DNA of 64,000 nucleotides from contig OZ024742.1 in assembly GCA_964016885.1 (NCBI GenBank), positions 17,856,001 to 17,920,000 of the forward strand, in the 5' to 3' direction. Within the stretch, counting starts at the first letter, position 1. Every line of letters starts with the position of its first letter. The translations under genes were made by a program, and so were the position numbers. This DNA comes from Eledone cirrhosa. Its lineage: Eukaryota. Below are positions 1 to 13,403 of this stretch, one piece after another. Under the pieces are notes generated by a model that was not told the DNA's origin, searched no databases, and was given only the letters and a program-made list of their open reading frames with translations.

Positions 1-20
1 GACATTAAACGACAATGATG

Positions 21-60
<40 letters not shown>

Positions 61-116
61 CTCGTTTCTGAATTTGTTTGGCAGGATTCTTTGTCTGAGG
101 GCGCGTGTTGAAGCCG

Positions 117-598
117 ATATTGTTATGCTTGGGAGGGTCATGTTGCCAATAGGAAGCACACGCACCAGTTGCTTTCACTTCAATTTATTATAATAAATTT
201 ATAAATTTAGGAATTTATAAATTTGCGGTTGGTTGGTTGGTTCCACAACCAGATGGTTGTTTATATATTCTCGGGGTTCTTTCGTCACACATTCTGTGAC
301 CTCTTCAGTGACTGGGGATTCTTTTCTTTGTTTTGACACACACAAAAACAAGATGGCATAGGACAGAACAAAGGAGATGCACAAAAAACAAAGAAAAGAA
401 TCCCCAGTCACTGAGGAGGTCACAGAATGTGTGACGAAGGAACTTTGACAATATATAAACAACTATCTGGTTGTGGAACCAACCAACCAACCAGAAATAT
501 ATAAATTTATAAATTTATTATAAATTTATTATAATAAATTGAAGTGAAAGCAACTGGTGCGTGTGTTTCTTATTGGCAAAATGACCCTCCCAAAGTAT

Positions 599-606
<8 letters not shown>
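117..606. repeat. Inverted pair of Penelope pseudo-LTR (pLTR) segments forming an imperfect palindrome, each arm with a degenerate hammerhead motif
   Basis: Arm 117-333 is the reverse complement of arm ~384-606; the same sequence recurs at 640-1037 just downstream of the PLE ORF. The + arm reads GTCA-CTGAGGA-GGTCACA..TGTGAC-GAAG-GAACTT-TGAC (407-449). Confidence 0.8.
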
Positions 607-639
<33 letters not shown>

Positions 640-644
<5 letters not shown>

Positions 645-2080
645 ATGCTTTGGGAGGGTCATGTTGCCAATAAGAAACACACGCACCAGTTGCTTTCACT
701 TCAATTTATTATAAATTAAATTTATAAATGTAGGAATTTATAAATTTCCGGTTGGTTGGTTGGTTGGTTCCACAACCAGACGATTGTTCATATATTGTCA
801 AAGTTCTTTCGTCACACATTCTGTGACCACTTCAGTGACTGGGGATTCTTTTCTTTGTTTTTGTGCCTTTCCTTTGTTCTGTCATACGCCATCTTGTTTT
901 TGTGTGTGTTGTGTGCTTAGTTTGCGCATGTGTTACATCCGGGTGTCTGTGTGTGTTTATATTTGTTTATTTATTTGTTTATTTACATGTTACTGGTTGG
1001 TTGTTTGTTCTATGTGTGTGTGTGTTTTCATTTGTCCTTAATTGTAAGTTGTGATGTTGCTATTCCATTCATGTTTTCTATTTAATTTTGGTTGGAGTTC
1101 ATTTATGTTTATTGCCTCTGTGATTTGTCTAAACATTGCGTCTTTTCTGTGTGTAGATTCTATTTTTATTTCTATGTTCTCTAATTTACCCTTATGTTCT
1201 ATTTTAGCATGTTGGTGGAGTACAGATGATTCTTTACTATCTTGAAGCTCTCGCCAGTGTTCATTTATCCGTTCCCCTATACTACGAGCTGTCTCACCTA
1301 TGTACACTATATTTTTGTGTCTACATTGTCCTTCAGTACATCTTATGCTATATACTACATTTGTAGTTTTACAGTTAATATGGGGGCTTAGTTTACAGAT
1401 TATAGATTTCTTATCAATACAGGGAGGTATTGCTAATAAATGTTTTTATGGAGGTACCTGGTCTTTCTACTATCTTAATATTGAGTTTATGTTTATCTAG
1501 GGCCCTTCTAAATTTGTAAGCTAATTCACCTCTAGGGGTTGTATCGATGAACATTACATCTGGTATTTATTGCTATCATACCATGAGTTTATTCTATTAA
1601 CCTTATTCCTAGTTCTTTCTATTCTATTCCAAAATTTGCTCCTATACAAGGGGCAGGTCCCATTTGTATCATTATTTACCATTTTTCCCATTCGGTTCTG
1701 GCCCCTCTATATACTCTGATTTTATCTCTCTGATTGTAACCAGAGAACTGCATACGGTGGATGAAGTGTTGTATGTGTCTCTCTAGTTCTTTGGGGTTGC
1801 ACATGCGGGACACGTTTCTCATCACCCGTACCAAATCCGCAATCAGTATGTTGATTTTGGTATGGTCCGAAACAGCTGAGTTTCGGTGGATCAGATATTT
1901 TGAAGTCATGGGTTTGGCATAATGGGAATGGAGGATTTTTTTTTTGTTATTAATGGTACCTAACAAGAGCTCTGTGTCTAGTACAGGTAATCGATGGTTG
2001 GGGTGTTTGCTTGGGTAGTCTATAGTAACTATAATACTCTGGTGGATATAGTTAGCTATTTGATGGATGCTTTCCAGCAT
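640..2080 (-). mobile_element. 5'-truncated Penelope-like retroelement (RT C-terminus + GIY-YIG endonuclease + pLTR), disrupted
   Basis: ORF 1676-2080 LPVLDTELL...HYAKPMTSKYLIHRNSA is PLE RT-thumb-like; ORF 1038-1307 YIGETARSIGERINEH...ITEAININELQPKLN is GIY-YIG; the 3' pLTR ends in (TA)n. Confidence 0.88.
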
Positions 2081-2220
2081 AGTTACGTCCCTTTACGATC
2101 TGAGTTCAAATCTCGCCGAGGTTGACTTTGCCTTTCATCCTTACGGGGTCGATAAAATAAAGTACCAGTAATGCACTGGTTAATTGCTGGCCTTGTGCCT
2201 AAAGTAGAAACAATTATATT
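2077..2220 (+). mobile_element. tRNA-derived SINE, family 1
   Basis: B-box-like GAGTTCAAATC, conserved body GCCTTTCATCCTTACGGGGTCGATAAAATAAAGTACCAG and tail GCTGGCCTTGTGCC; more than 15 copies in the window. Confidence 0.85.
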
Positions 2221-2569
2221 ATATTATTACCATTAGAAAATATTTCGCAAACATATATATTTTGATGTTTTTTTCTTTCTTAAACATTGTCTTCTTTGTT
2301 TTCTGCGTTCATTTGTAAACAAACTATTTACATATATTACGCACACATATTACATTACATAAAAACAAACTTAAACACTAAATAATTCCTCTAAATTCAT
2401 AACTCATCCACTCTTCTACTTCTTTTCACATTATATCCTTAATAACATTAATATCTTTATTTTAATAATACATATTAACAATTTCTTTTCCTCGCACATA
2501 TTATTAAACCCTTCAATATACAAACCTTAATTTAATATTATTCTTAACCCCTTTTTCTCTTCATCAACT

Positions 2570-2992
2570 TTTAATTTCAAATTCTTTTAAATTATCTATT
2601 ATCTTCCAACGGCTTTTTAACTTCTCTCTGTGAGACAATATATACTTTTCTCAGTTGTAAAGGCTATCTCTCTCTCTCTATCACCCATCTCTCCTCCTCT
2701 CTCATCCTTCCTTCTTATACTCCTCCTCCACCATTCTCTACTCTCATCTCCTCCTCTTTCTCACCCTTTCCAAACCCCACCCTCACTTTTTCCCATTATC
2801 ACACATCAATCTTAAATTATTTTTCATACGTTGATTTAAAACTTCACTATTCACAAGTGTTTTTTAACCTTCATATCATGTATCCCTATTTTATCTGATG
2901 AAAATGCAGATATCATCTCATGATGAATTTGTTTTTGAAATGCGCATGATAAAATACTTGGATCTCTTTTAACCATCTTTTGATCTTATATT
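2570..2992 (+). mobile_element. Non-coding PLE pLTR-like element with hammerhead motif at 2887-2956
   Basis: Homologous to 63098-63482. TATTTTAT-CTGATGA...GAAA-TGCGCA-TG-ATAAAATA; the cleavage triplet appears mutated to AUG. Ends in (TA)n. Confidence 0.7.
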
Positions 2993-3022
2993 ATATATAT
3001 ATATATATATACACATGATATA

Positions 3023-3056
<34 letters not shown>

Positions 3057-3498
3057 AATATATACAATATGATATATGTGTGTGCGCGTGTGCGCGTGTG
3101 CGCGTGTGCGCGTGTGTGCGCATGTGCGCATGTGCGCGTGTGCGCGTGTGTGTGTGTACACTTTACATTTACATAAATAACAATTCTTGGATAGATTCTA
3201 TCACGTGCTAAAAAATACTTATTAATACAAAAACCACCTCAAAAATAACACAAAGAAAGAACTAAAAAAACCAATAGGATTACCACAAGCAAACAAAATC
3301 TTCAATATATAATTTCATAAATTCCATGCATTTGTGGAAATGTGGAAAACGGTAAGTCGTTTTAGGAGCTCAGCATTTGAATTAAGACTTTCCTTAGGCT
3401 TCATTCTTAAGAAAAGAAGCTTTGTCACTTCGCCACAGAATATATCGATATTTCACTCTCTCGAAATATCATTATACTAGATGATTCAAATAAAATTT

Positions 3499-3727
3499 CA
3501 TCATCACCATCACCATCACCATCACTATCATCATCACCATCACCATCATCATCACCATCACCATCAGGATCATCATCAGCATCATCATCACCATCACCAT
3601 CACCATAATCATCATCGCCATCACCATCACCATCATCATCATCATCATCGCCATCACCATCATCATCACCATCACCATCACCATCATCATCGCCATCGTC
3701 ATCATCATCATCGTCATCGCCATCACC

Positions 3728-3759
<32 letters not shown>

Positions 3760-3772
3760 CGTCGTCATCATT
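3499..3772. repeat. (CAT/CAC)n trinucleotide microsatellite
   Basis: Read directly; explains the poly-His and poly-Met ORFs. Confidence 0.97.
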
Positions 3773-3777
3773 ATTAC

Positions 3778-3995
3778 TTGGATTGGCAGTATTGGTAGAG
3801 GGTCGGACGCCATGCTTTGCAGCATAGAGTTATGGCCCTTTACATTCTGAGTTCAAATCCCGCCGAGGTTAACTTTGCCTTTCATCCTTACGGGGTCGAT
3901 AAAATAAAGTACCAGTGACGCACTGGTGTCGATTTAATCGACTCCCCCCCCCCGAAATTGCTGGCCTTGTGCCTATATAAGAAGCCATTATTGTT
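3778..3995 (+). mobile_element. tRNA-derived SINE, family 1
   Basis: TGGCAGTATTGG A-box-like head, GAGTTCAAATCC B box, conserved body. Confidence 0.85.
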
Positions 3996-4164
3996 GTTGT
4001 TGCACAAGAGCTTTACACATTTACCTGTGTCTGTACATGTATTTATACTTCATGATATATACGCATATATATATATATATATATACATATATATATGTAT
4101 GTATATGTGTGTAAGTGTATGTTTGTATGCATACAATATTAGATATATACGTACATATATACAA

Positions 4165-4251
<87 letters not shown>

Positions 4252-4254
4252 GAA

Positions 4255-4310
<56 letters not shown>

Positions 4311-4316
4311 GGGGGG
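4165..4316. repeat. (TA)n-(GA)n-poly(G) compound microsatellite
   Basis: Read directly. Confidence 0.95.
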
Positions 4317-4759
4317 AGATTAAGTGATTGTTTTAAGAACAGGACAATCACATATTAAATTAGATATATACGTAGATATAGATATATATATAGATATATA
4401 TATATATATATATTGAGAGAGAGAGATTAAGTGTTTGTTTTAATAACAGGACATTCACATATTAAATCAGGAAATAAAGTTAACGATATAAATATATTTG
4501 TAACAAGCTTAAAGATTTTTAATTACGCTTCAGAGCTGGCGACATCTTCAAAACTAGTAAATTATATATGTGTGTCTGTAGGGGCCGATTTAGACCTTGG
4601 GGAGGAGATACTTCAGGTTGGGCGGTGTATCTCATACAAAAAAAAAATTAGAATACACAGCAAAACCCCCAATTATATATATAAAATTCAGCTTGGCGCA
4701 AGTAAATGTAATTGAAAAGTTATAAATTTAAAAAGTATTTCGTGTTAGAATTGGCAGGG

Positions 4760-5113
4760 CGTAGAAATAAGGGGAGGAATGGAAAATTGGTAATTTTTCT
4801 AGGTTGTCTTCGTTGATTTTTTGTAAAAACCAGAATTGGTCGTTTAGTTTAGATGGGTTTAGAGACCTAAATCTATCCTATTTATTTCATAATGTATGGG
4901 ATTTCTTGTAATGTTCTTTTTGGGGCCATGTATAATGTTTTATAATGTATAAAATACATTCATAGTGACAGGAATGCTACCACTTAAAATAAAATTCCAC
5001 CGGAGATAGATTAGCAAAATTTAATAAGCTGGAGGTGGAGTAAAAGTGGGGCAGAGGAAAAAATCTGAAAAATTAATAAGCGGGGGCTGACGATTATTCG
5101 AGACCCGAGAGTA
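4760..5113 (-). mobile_element. Partial MITE related to 23519-24077
   Basis: Ends in ATTATTCGAGACCCGAGAGTA; shares the internal GGAATGCTACCACTTAAAATAAAA segment with 23.6 kb in reverse orientation. Confidence 0.55.
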
Positions 5114-5904
5114 ACTTGTTTTCTCCATTTAGTTAATATTTAGAATTCTTCCCAAAATATTGCAAGATCACATCAAATTATACGAAGTGTATCATTTTAA
5201 TTGATATAGTTACATTTCACGTGTTGTTAACACAATATATATAGTTTACTTCATTACACCAACTCCTTCGTTAATATTTTTAAATTAACAACAATATATG
5301 AGAAGATAACTTTCATAAGATGTATTTTGTCGTATTGGACATTTTCGTCTTTTATTCATTAATTTGAGAAGGATTGTACCAAAACTGATTCAATATAACA
5401 TAAACGTCCACGATTTTCGCGAAAGTTTGTATGTAAAAATCTCCAGGAAAACATCTAATTATTACATTTCTGACAAGAGATTTTCTAGTTTGCAATCTTA
5501 CATAACTTCTTATAAGAAATATTAATATACAGCTGAGTTTCCAGATCTGTAATTTTGATAGTTACTTCATTTATAAAGCTTTCTTGCGTGATAGTTAAAA
5601 ATCTTTCTCTTTTTATCCTCTTGATTTCCAGCATTGTTCACATTGCTGTATTACATCTTTGGCTAGAGACAAAAATATGTTACTAGACTACAAACGGTTT
5701 GGTGGATTGTATTTTGTTTTCTGGTCTGGTTTGTATATGAACAAGACTGATGGAATATTAGACAAAAGACTTTACACTGTTTAGCTTCATCTCCATACGC
5801 TGTGAAATTAAATAAATCCTGTTCTTTTGTTCTTTGTTTTTTCGTTTGTTTCAAACATCACAACTAAGTCAGTCCTGGAACATCGCCTTCAGATACAATA
5901 ATTC

Positions 5905-6105
5905 TAAAAGGCCAGCAATTTGGGGGAAGTGGAACATCGATTATATAGGCCCCAGTGCGTTATTGGTACCTTATTTTGTCGATCTCGTAAGGATGAAAGG
6001 CAAAGATAACCTCGGCCGGATTCGAACTCAGAACGTAAAAGGGTCGTAACTGTATGCCGTGTAGCATGTTGTCCGACGCTCTACTGATACTGCCAATCCA
6101 CCTCC
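5905..6105 (-). mobile_element. tRNA-derived SINE family 1 (further fragments at ~6205-6255, ~6480-6570, ~6765-6925)
   Basis: Reverse complement of the SINE body (AAGGATGAAAGGCAAAG...TTCGAACTCAGA). Confidence 0.75.
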
Positions 6106-7900
6106 TTAGCACCAGTTATGTAATGAGGTTTATTTTATCTCCACAGCAAATTGGCCAAAGTCGTTACAGTATTAGATTAAATGTTCTTTGTTCTTGCTAT
6201 CTACACTCAAAACCCGCCGAGCTCAACTTTGCATCTCCCCCTTTCCGGTTCGATAAGTCCTTTACCACTTCCCTCCTCTTCTCATTAGTTATTGTTTTGT
6301 TTTTATCTTTTTTGTTCATATTTCCATCATTGTATAACTTCAGTCTGTAAAATGTAGTTGACATAATGTTTATGTATTTTCAAGTATGTACACAGAAACA
6401 GAAAGCATTTGCTGTGTTTGGTGTTGTTTACAAATATATATTCCTCATTTAAAGAAAAACACGAGCATTACATTACAGGTTGCCTTTCATCTTACGGGGT
6501 CGATAAAATAAAATACCAGTAATGCACTGGGATAATTGCTGGCCTTGTGCCAAAAGTAAAAACAATTACATTACAGACTAAGTTTGGATGCATGACATGC
6601 ATGGTCCCGTAACTGCTGGTTGAATCATGCGAGTGCCGTATACACATACGGTGTTTCAGGGCATTTTTAAACCTGGCGGAGCCGGACCCTCTCCAGGTCT
6701 GAATACAACAGATTTCTTTCAGAGAAGGATAGAGAGAGTGAAAGAATGAAAGTGAGAAAGAGGAAGAATCGACCCAGTATTAGACTGGTAGTTTTTTATC
6801 GACCTAGAATGGATGAAAGGCAAAGTTGACCTCTGTGGGATTTGATCTCTGAGAAGCAGAAAACCGAAACGAATACCGCAAAGCATTCTATCTTATATTG
6901 TCATGATTCTGATAATTCGCCACCTAGCCTAAGTTTACCCAATAAAATAAATAATATACTTACATATTTCCATTCCACAACTTTTAAGTTGGTGCTATCC
7001 ATTTTCATTTCATCTACTTTATTTTTTTTCAAATTATTGTCAAATGTATTGAGATGTAAATTTCTTAAAACCCTTTGAAATGTTAAGGGTTAATAAGCTT
7101 CTCGTCTACACCTTACTAAATAATAACGTTGTTTATTTCATCTTTTAACAATGTAGGTTATAGGTTATCTAATTATCTCATTTTGTAGTTTGCTGTGAAT
7201 GTTAACAAGTTTAATGGAAGTACACTGTAATTCCTCAGTTCGAGAATAATAAAAAGAATCATTCTATAGTAGTTCATATAACAATCTTTCAAATGAAACT
7301 TTATATTTAACCAATGAGATATATAAGAAACTGTATTTATTGTAATTGCAGAGCTCTTAACTTCTTTCCATCGTTGGTATTTCATTTAATGTAGATATAT
7401 TATTAGCTCATTTTTGCCTTATTCATTCATTAAAATGTCCTTTGGGGTTATTTCGTTAATTCTAGAATACACAAGAGGAACATCAGAACATGTTCATTAC
7501 CGTAATACATCGTTATCTACAGGCAATGATTGTGAAATAACCACTTTCATAGCATATTATCGAATTTGTTTCCTCTTTGGAAATTTTAAGAACACAAACT
7601 GTGAATCTTCACTATAGTCCCCTGAACACAGCATAATCCATATGTAATTACATGTAGATAGATAGATAAATTTCTATTTATTTGCCACGAGGGCACAAAA
7701 GAAGGGGACAAATACACAGTGGGGGAGTTTACATAAATCGAGTAAAGAAAAAAGGAATAACAATAATAATATAATAATAAAAAGTCCTCAAAAGGGAGGG
7801 GGCGTGTTCGGGATTGCACATACCCCCGAAAAGTGTGCAACCCTTTTCGCGGGGGAAGCCCAGAGAGGAGACGCTCCCCCTTTCCTCTTCACTTCTTCAC

Positions 7901-10900
7901 CTACAGAACAATGTAGAGAGAAGGCCCATTTACACGAGCCATTCTCGCTTCTTTCACCCACCTTTCATAAAACTGTCTGGGGCCAAGCACTTCTCTCTCC
8001 ATCCTGATCCTTCTTCCGAAGTGGTATCGGAAGAAGTAAACCAGGTGATGGCCGGAGAGAAAGTCACCCGACCTCAGACCTTTCAGGCGCGTCGACCACA
8101 CAACCTCTTTCATCATGGCTATTACGCACAGAAAGACTGCCTCTGCTTCATTTCTGAAGGGAGGCGGCGGCTTGATGTTCACCACAGACTCGGCGGTTAA
8201 TCGAATCGGCGCCACACGCGACAGCAGTCGTTCGACGTAGCCCCACAGATCGGCAACGCCCGGGCAGTGTACCAGTGCATGCGCAACGGTTTCCTCGTCG
8301 CGCACGCATCTGGGACAGATCTTTTTCGCTGGATCCCTGCCCGGGCGCCCGTGTCTGTAGAGCTTCCCTCGAACGGGCAGAGCCCCCCGGTAACACTGCC
8401 AGGCTAGGGACCTCTGGAAGTTGTCCATGGGTCCCGGGCCGAAAGTTCTACCGAACAGGCTGGCCAGTTCGTCCTCCTCCATGCCTAGCGACTCTCCAAG
8501 GGTGTCGTCGCCCCTGCTAGCCACCAGCCCTCTATAGAATGTCGAGGTGGATTCTCCACTGACAGTCGGGTCCGCTTGCCAGATAGCCGTGAGCGCCTGG
8601 GCACACTCGGTGTACCAGTTGCCCAGTTTTCTCGGTCTTTGCTTCACCCAGGATTGCAGCTCGGTGAGCGAGACGAGCTGTGGGAAGGCTCGCCTCACAA
8701 ACGGGGCCCACACCGGCTGACCGGTGAGGAATACCTGTAGATGCCGTAGCCTCAATACGTGCCTACGCATCAACAGCCACGGCATACCCAGCCCTCCTTT
8801 CGAAGGGTGCTGGCAGCAGATGGATCTCCTCACCATGGGAGGCCGCTTCTTCCAGAGGAACTGGAAGAGCATGCGTTCCATGATGGTGATCTTTTCCTTG
8901 GGGCAAGGCACGACGGTCAGGCGGTAGCAGATGACGGACGCTATGTAAGCGTTCGTCACCTCCGCCCGACCTTTCAGTGATAGTTTGCACTTGGCCCACT
9001 TCTGGGTCAGCGCAAACACCCTGCTCGTCACCTCGCCCCAATTCTTCTCCACCTGGAGGTCCGGTCCGAACCAGACCCCGAGCAGCTTCACCGGGCCCTC
9101 CGTCCACCGCCCGACGACACCGTCTAACGGCATCGGTTTGCCCCTCCACGTTCCGAGTTGCAAACCGACTGACTTGTCCCGGTTCAGCCTAGCCCCCGTC
9201 AGCCTTTCGTATTCCTCCAGTAGGGTGGCGATCGCCCCGATTTCCGAGTCGTCCGCCACCATTACTGTTACGTCGTCGGCATAGGCCGAGACCGCTTTGT
9301 GCAATCCCGGTTCCAGGGGTATGCCCCGCAGCAACTCCAACTTCCGCAGCAGTGGATCGAGAGTCAATACGTACAGAAGGGAGGAGAGGGGGCACCCCTG
9401 TCTGATGGACCGGGTGATTTGAAACGGCTCCGAGAGGTAGCCGTTTACTTTAATCCTAGAGTAGATGTTGCAACTGTGCATGGCAGAAATCCAGCCCCTG
9501 AAAACGGGTCCGAAGCCCGCCGCCGCTAGCACCGCATCCAGGTAACCATGGTCGACCCTATCGAACGCCTTAGATTGATCCAAGTTGATCAGGGCCCCAC
9601 CAAAGCCGGGTTCGTTGCCAACCCTCTCTATGATGTATCGCATGAGGTGGAGGTTGTCGTGAATGGACCTGGACGGGATAGCGCATGTCTGCGCGTCTCC
9701 CACCAAACCACCCACCACAAGCGCCAACCTCTTCGCTAACACCTTGGCCAAAATCTGTAACTCTGCATTCAGCAGAGTTATGGGCCTAAAGTTATTTAAG
9801 TCGTCCCCCTTGCTTTCGTCCTTCCTCACTAGCGTGACCACGCCCTTGGTCACAGAACAGGGAATTCTCCCGTTCTGTTGCCAGTTGCAATAGACAGCCT
9901 CGAGGAGTTCGGAGAACAAGACCGGCATAGCTAAATAAAGTTCGTATGGTAGACCATCGAGACCCGGAGATTTGCGTCTGCTGCATTGGCTGAGCGCTTC
10001 CCCGATTTCAGTGGCTGTGATTGGCCTTTCGCAGCACTCCGCTTCGCCGCTCGAAAGACGCGGTAGACCGTCGAGGTATGGACCGAAGTCCACATCCCCG
10101 TCCGGCCCCCCCGCCCCCTCCGAACAGTCGAGCAAAGTGCCTTTGAAAGACCTCGCACATCCGCTCAGGTTCAAGGATCACCCGTCCATCCTGGTCTCGC
10201 AAAGACCGAATGGTGGATTTAATCCCACTCTTGGCTTCTGTCACGCGGGCCCAGCTAACAGCTTTGGTCCCCTCGTTTCCTAAAGCACGTATTTTACTTC
10301 GGACAACGCAGCCTTCGTGCTTCGCGTCAAAGAACTGGCTCAACGCCGTTCTCGCCGCTAACACTCTGGCTACGTCTCCGCTCCTAATCGCCTCTTCTAG
10401 TTTATCTGTTAACTCCCTTTCCTTCCTATTTCTATTCGCCGCTAGTTCCTTACTGTAACCTATCGAACTTACTCTAATCTCTCTCTTTAGAGATACCCAC
10501 CACCTACTGTTGACGATCGCTCCCGTCAACCGCATCTTAACTAAGCTACTAATCCGGTTCCTGTAATCTTTCTTTGCCGGCAAGGACAAGTTCATCTTTC
10601 AGTAACCGGGACCCTGTCTATGCGTTCTATCAAGGTTGACAACGCAGGTCACTAATTTGTGATCTGAATAGCCAACCATGATCAATTCTGGACAACTAAA
10701 TATGTCCCTATCCTTACTCCTAACCAAAAACCTATCTAGGTACGATCTAGATTGTCCACTGCGGTTTGCCCAGGTCCAGGTTGGCGCAGTTGGACAATCT
10801 AGTCGAAATCTATCGACCAGGTCGAATCGATCGAGTAACCCCTTGAGGCTGCTACACCCCCCTCTATCGGAACATGCCCCTGCATAGTCCCAACGCGCAT

Positions 10901-11334
10901 CTAGGATTCCATTCCAGTCCCCCACTAAAAGCAGGGAACGCGACGTTCCTAGAAAAGTCTCCAGACGCTGGAAGATGTCGGCTCTTTCAGCCCCGAAGGG
11001 GGCATAAAGACCGACCAGTCTGAAAGCCCCGCCTTCACCGCCTCCGACGTCCAGCACCAGTAATCGACCCCCCGGGTCCGAGTGAACAATCTGTACGTCG
11101 AGAGCCAGACGTTTATCCAGCAGTACGGCAACTCCCCCCCTCCCCGCCTCCGGGTTGACAGAGAGATGCGTGCATCTCAAAGTCATCGAAGGCGGGAGCC
11201 AGCTGTCGCACGCTGCTGATCCGACTCTCGCAAACAACCATCACATCTATACTTCGTGACCTGAGGTCACTTAGTAGCTTTGCTTGCTTCCAAGCTGAGC
11301 CCAGGCCACGCGCGTTCAAACAGCCAACTCTCAA
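7901..11334 (-). pseudogene. Tx1 copy A ORF2 (APE endonuclease + RT + C-terminal Cys/His motif) with frameshifts and a stop
   Basis: CLNARGL, GDWN, SYLDRF, SDHKLV (APE); SPGLDGLP, FRPITLLN, DQSKAFDRVDH, QGCPLS, YADD (RT); CPRC...ETVAHALVHC. Breaks near 11160, 10599 and ~10100-10170. Confidence 0.93.
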
Positions 11335-11339
11335 TTGAT

Positions 11340-13181
11340 CTATTTTGGTGTTGAAAGTGGAGAAAGAAAAGCACCTACCTCTCCGGGTTGTGTAATTTCC
11401 ATGGCGTCAGGTGTGTTGGGTGGAGGGATGTTTTGTGGTGGTGTGGGAGTACCCGAGTGTGGTGGGGTTGGGGTGTTTGGAGTCGTGTCAGGGAGAGGGG
11501 AGGTTATGGGGAAATCTTTCAAGAGGACGCGATTTAACGGTTTTAAACAGGGGGGGGGGGGCTCACGTCCTGTCTAAATTGTTCTTTTAAGGAACGATAA
11601 AGGTCCAGAGGGACCTTTATCATTTTTAAATGGTTGAAGTTCTCTGTTGAGATAAAGTTTGGCCCTTCGGTCTGCACCAAAGGGCTATTGTTTATTAATT
11701 TAAACAGTTTTTTGTTTTCTTTATTTATATATGTGTATTGCAATGTCTTTTTTTGTGATGCTGTCAATGTTTCGGAGAGGGGAGGCGCAGATTTATTTTT
11801 GTTTGTTGAGGGTGGGGTGTTTTTTATTGGAGTTGGTGTTTGTGTGTGGGTTATTTGTGGTGTGCTGGGTGTGTGCTTTCTTTTTTTTCTTTTAACTTGT
11901 CTGAAGGCTTCTCCTCCTTCTTCTTCAGAAGTTGGGGGAAACTCTTCAGCGCTAGGTGGGAGGGACGTCGTGTCTGGTTGTTGTTTTTTTTTGCGGGAGG
12001 GGTAGATTTGTTGCTGTTTTTTTTATTATTTGTTTGGAATGCGTTTTGTGGTGGTGGTGGTGCTGTTTGTGTCGTGCTTGTGGTTGGTAATGGTGGTGGT
12101 GGTGTTTGTGTTGGTGATGGTGGTGGTGATTTTTGTGTCGTGCTTGTGTTTGGTGCTGGTGGTGGTGATGTTTGTGTTGTGCTTGTGGTTGGTGGTGTCT
12201 GTATTTTGTTTGCTGTGTGTGGTATTAGTGTATTTTTGGAGGTGGGTGGTGTTGGTGTACTGTTTGTGGTGGGTGTGGGCAATAGTCCTTTTTGGGGGAT
12301 ACGTTTCGGGCAGTTAGCCTTAATTTGTCCCCTTTCCGTGCATAAATAGCATGCTGGTCTTCTCCCCTCTACAATTATATCTATTGGGGTGAGGTCATCC
12401 AGCCAGATGCGATCCGGGATTTGTGCTATTCTTTCGGGCCTCATTTGGACTAGTAGGTCGAGGCCCATTCCCAGGAACGCATCTCCGGATGCCTTCCCCA
12501 TTGACAGCACTGTGTCCTCGCCCATGTCTATGAAGCCAGCAATAGCCCACCAGAAGTCCATTGTGGGCAGCATTGTTTGTATTTTTACTCTCTGTGTTCT
12601 TCTACCCATGTAGGAGGGATAGAAGCTGTATGTTGTCGATGAGAGTGGCTTAGGGAAAGCTTCTGCGCCGTTTCCTTGTCTTTTGTTAAGACCGAAATGC
12701 TGCCATAGAGTCGGTCCTTTCGTATGAAGAGAATATTCTTCATATAGTCTTTTAGGACCAACTCTATCTCCATTTGGCTGGGTTCTGCTGGCTTTCTTGT
12801 TTGGTTCAATATAGTTCTGAAGAGAACTGTGTTCTCTGTTCTCGCTTTCTTGAATTCTGGGGGGGGGTTAATGGAAAACATTCCGTTCTCCCCCAAAACA
12901 ATGTGTTTCTTTGCTTCGGCCAGTTTTTCTCTGGCGGCAGTTAGGTCTATTGGTGTATATGTTATGGACTGTTTTGTTTTCTGGGCGAAAGTTGCCTTGT
13001 TGTTATTTGTATTATTATTTTCTGTTTGTTTGTTTTCCGTTTGCTCATTTTCCGTAACATTTGTTTTTTCATTTTCCTTGTTTGTTTCGTTGTCTAATTT
13101 TGTTGTATTTATTTTTTGTTCTTCAGACTTGGGGGGCGTGGCAGAGCTAATGGCAGACATGTCTGCCATCTTTTCCGCCAT
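11340..13181 (-). pseudogene. Tx1 copy A ORF1 (gag-like, zinc knuckle), frameshifted
   Basis: VEGRRPACYLCTERGQIKANC (CCHC-like, His replaced by Gln); Pro/Thr-rich C-terminus; homologous to copy B ORF1. Confidence 0.8.
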
Positions 13182-13403
13182 GCTGCCAAGAAAGAAATTT
13201 TACAGCAAAATAGATATTTATTTTACCCCCTAAAAAGAGGGTAAATGTAAAAATGTTTCCCTAAATAACAGGGGTTAGTGTTCCAAATGTGTTGCACTGA
13301 AAAATTTATCTGGTACTTACTATAGTAAGGGTTAATTCCGGTGGAATAGCGGAGCCGATGTGAAGCGTGTCTTACTCTATCAAGATAGATAGATAGATAG
13401 ATA

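Larger units (their letters stand above)
7669..13382 (-). mobile_element. L1/Tx1-clade LINE copy A, full-length, few lesions
   Basis: Two-ORF layout; 3' end ...AATAAATAGAAATT followed by (TATC)n; 5' end abuts the (GATA)n tract at 13383-13403. Confidence 0.93.

Noticed and set aside
3472-3825. Poly-His / poly-Met ORFs
   Set aside because: Translations of a (CAT/CAC)n microsatellite.
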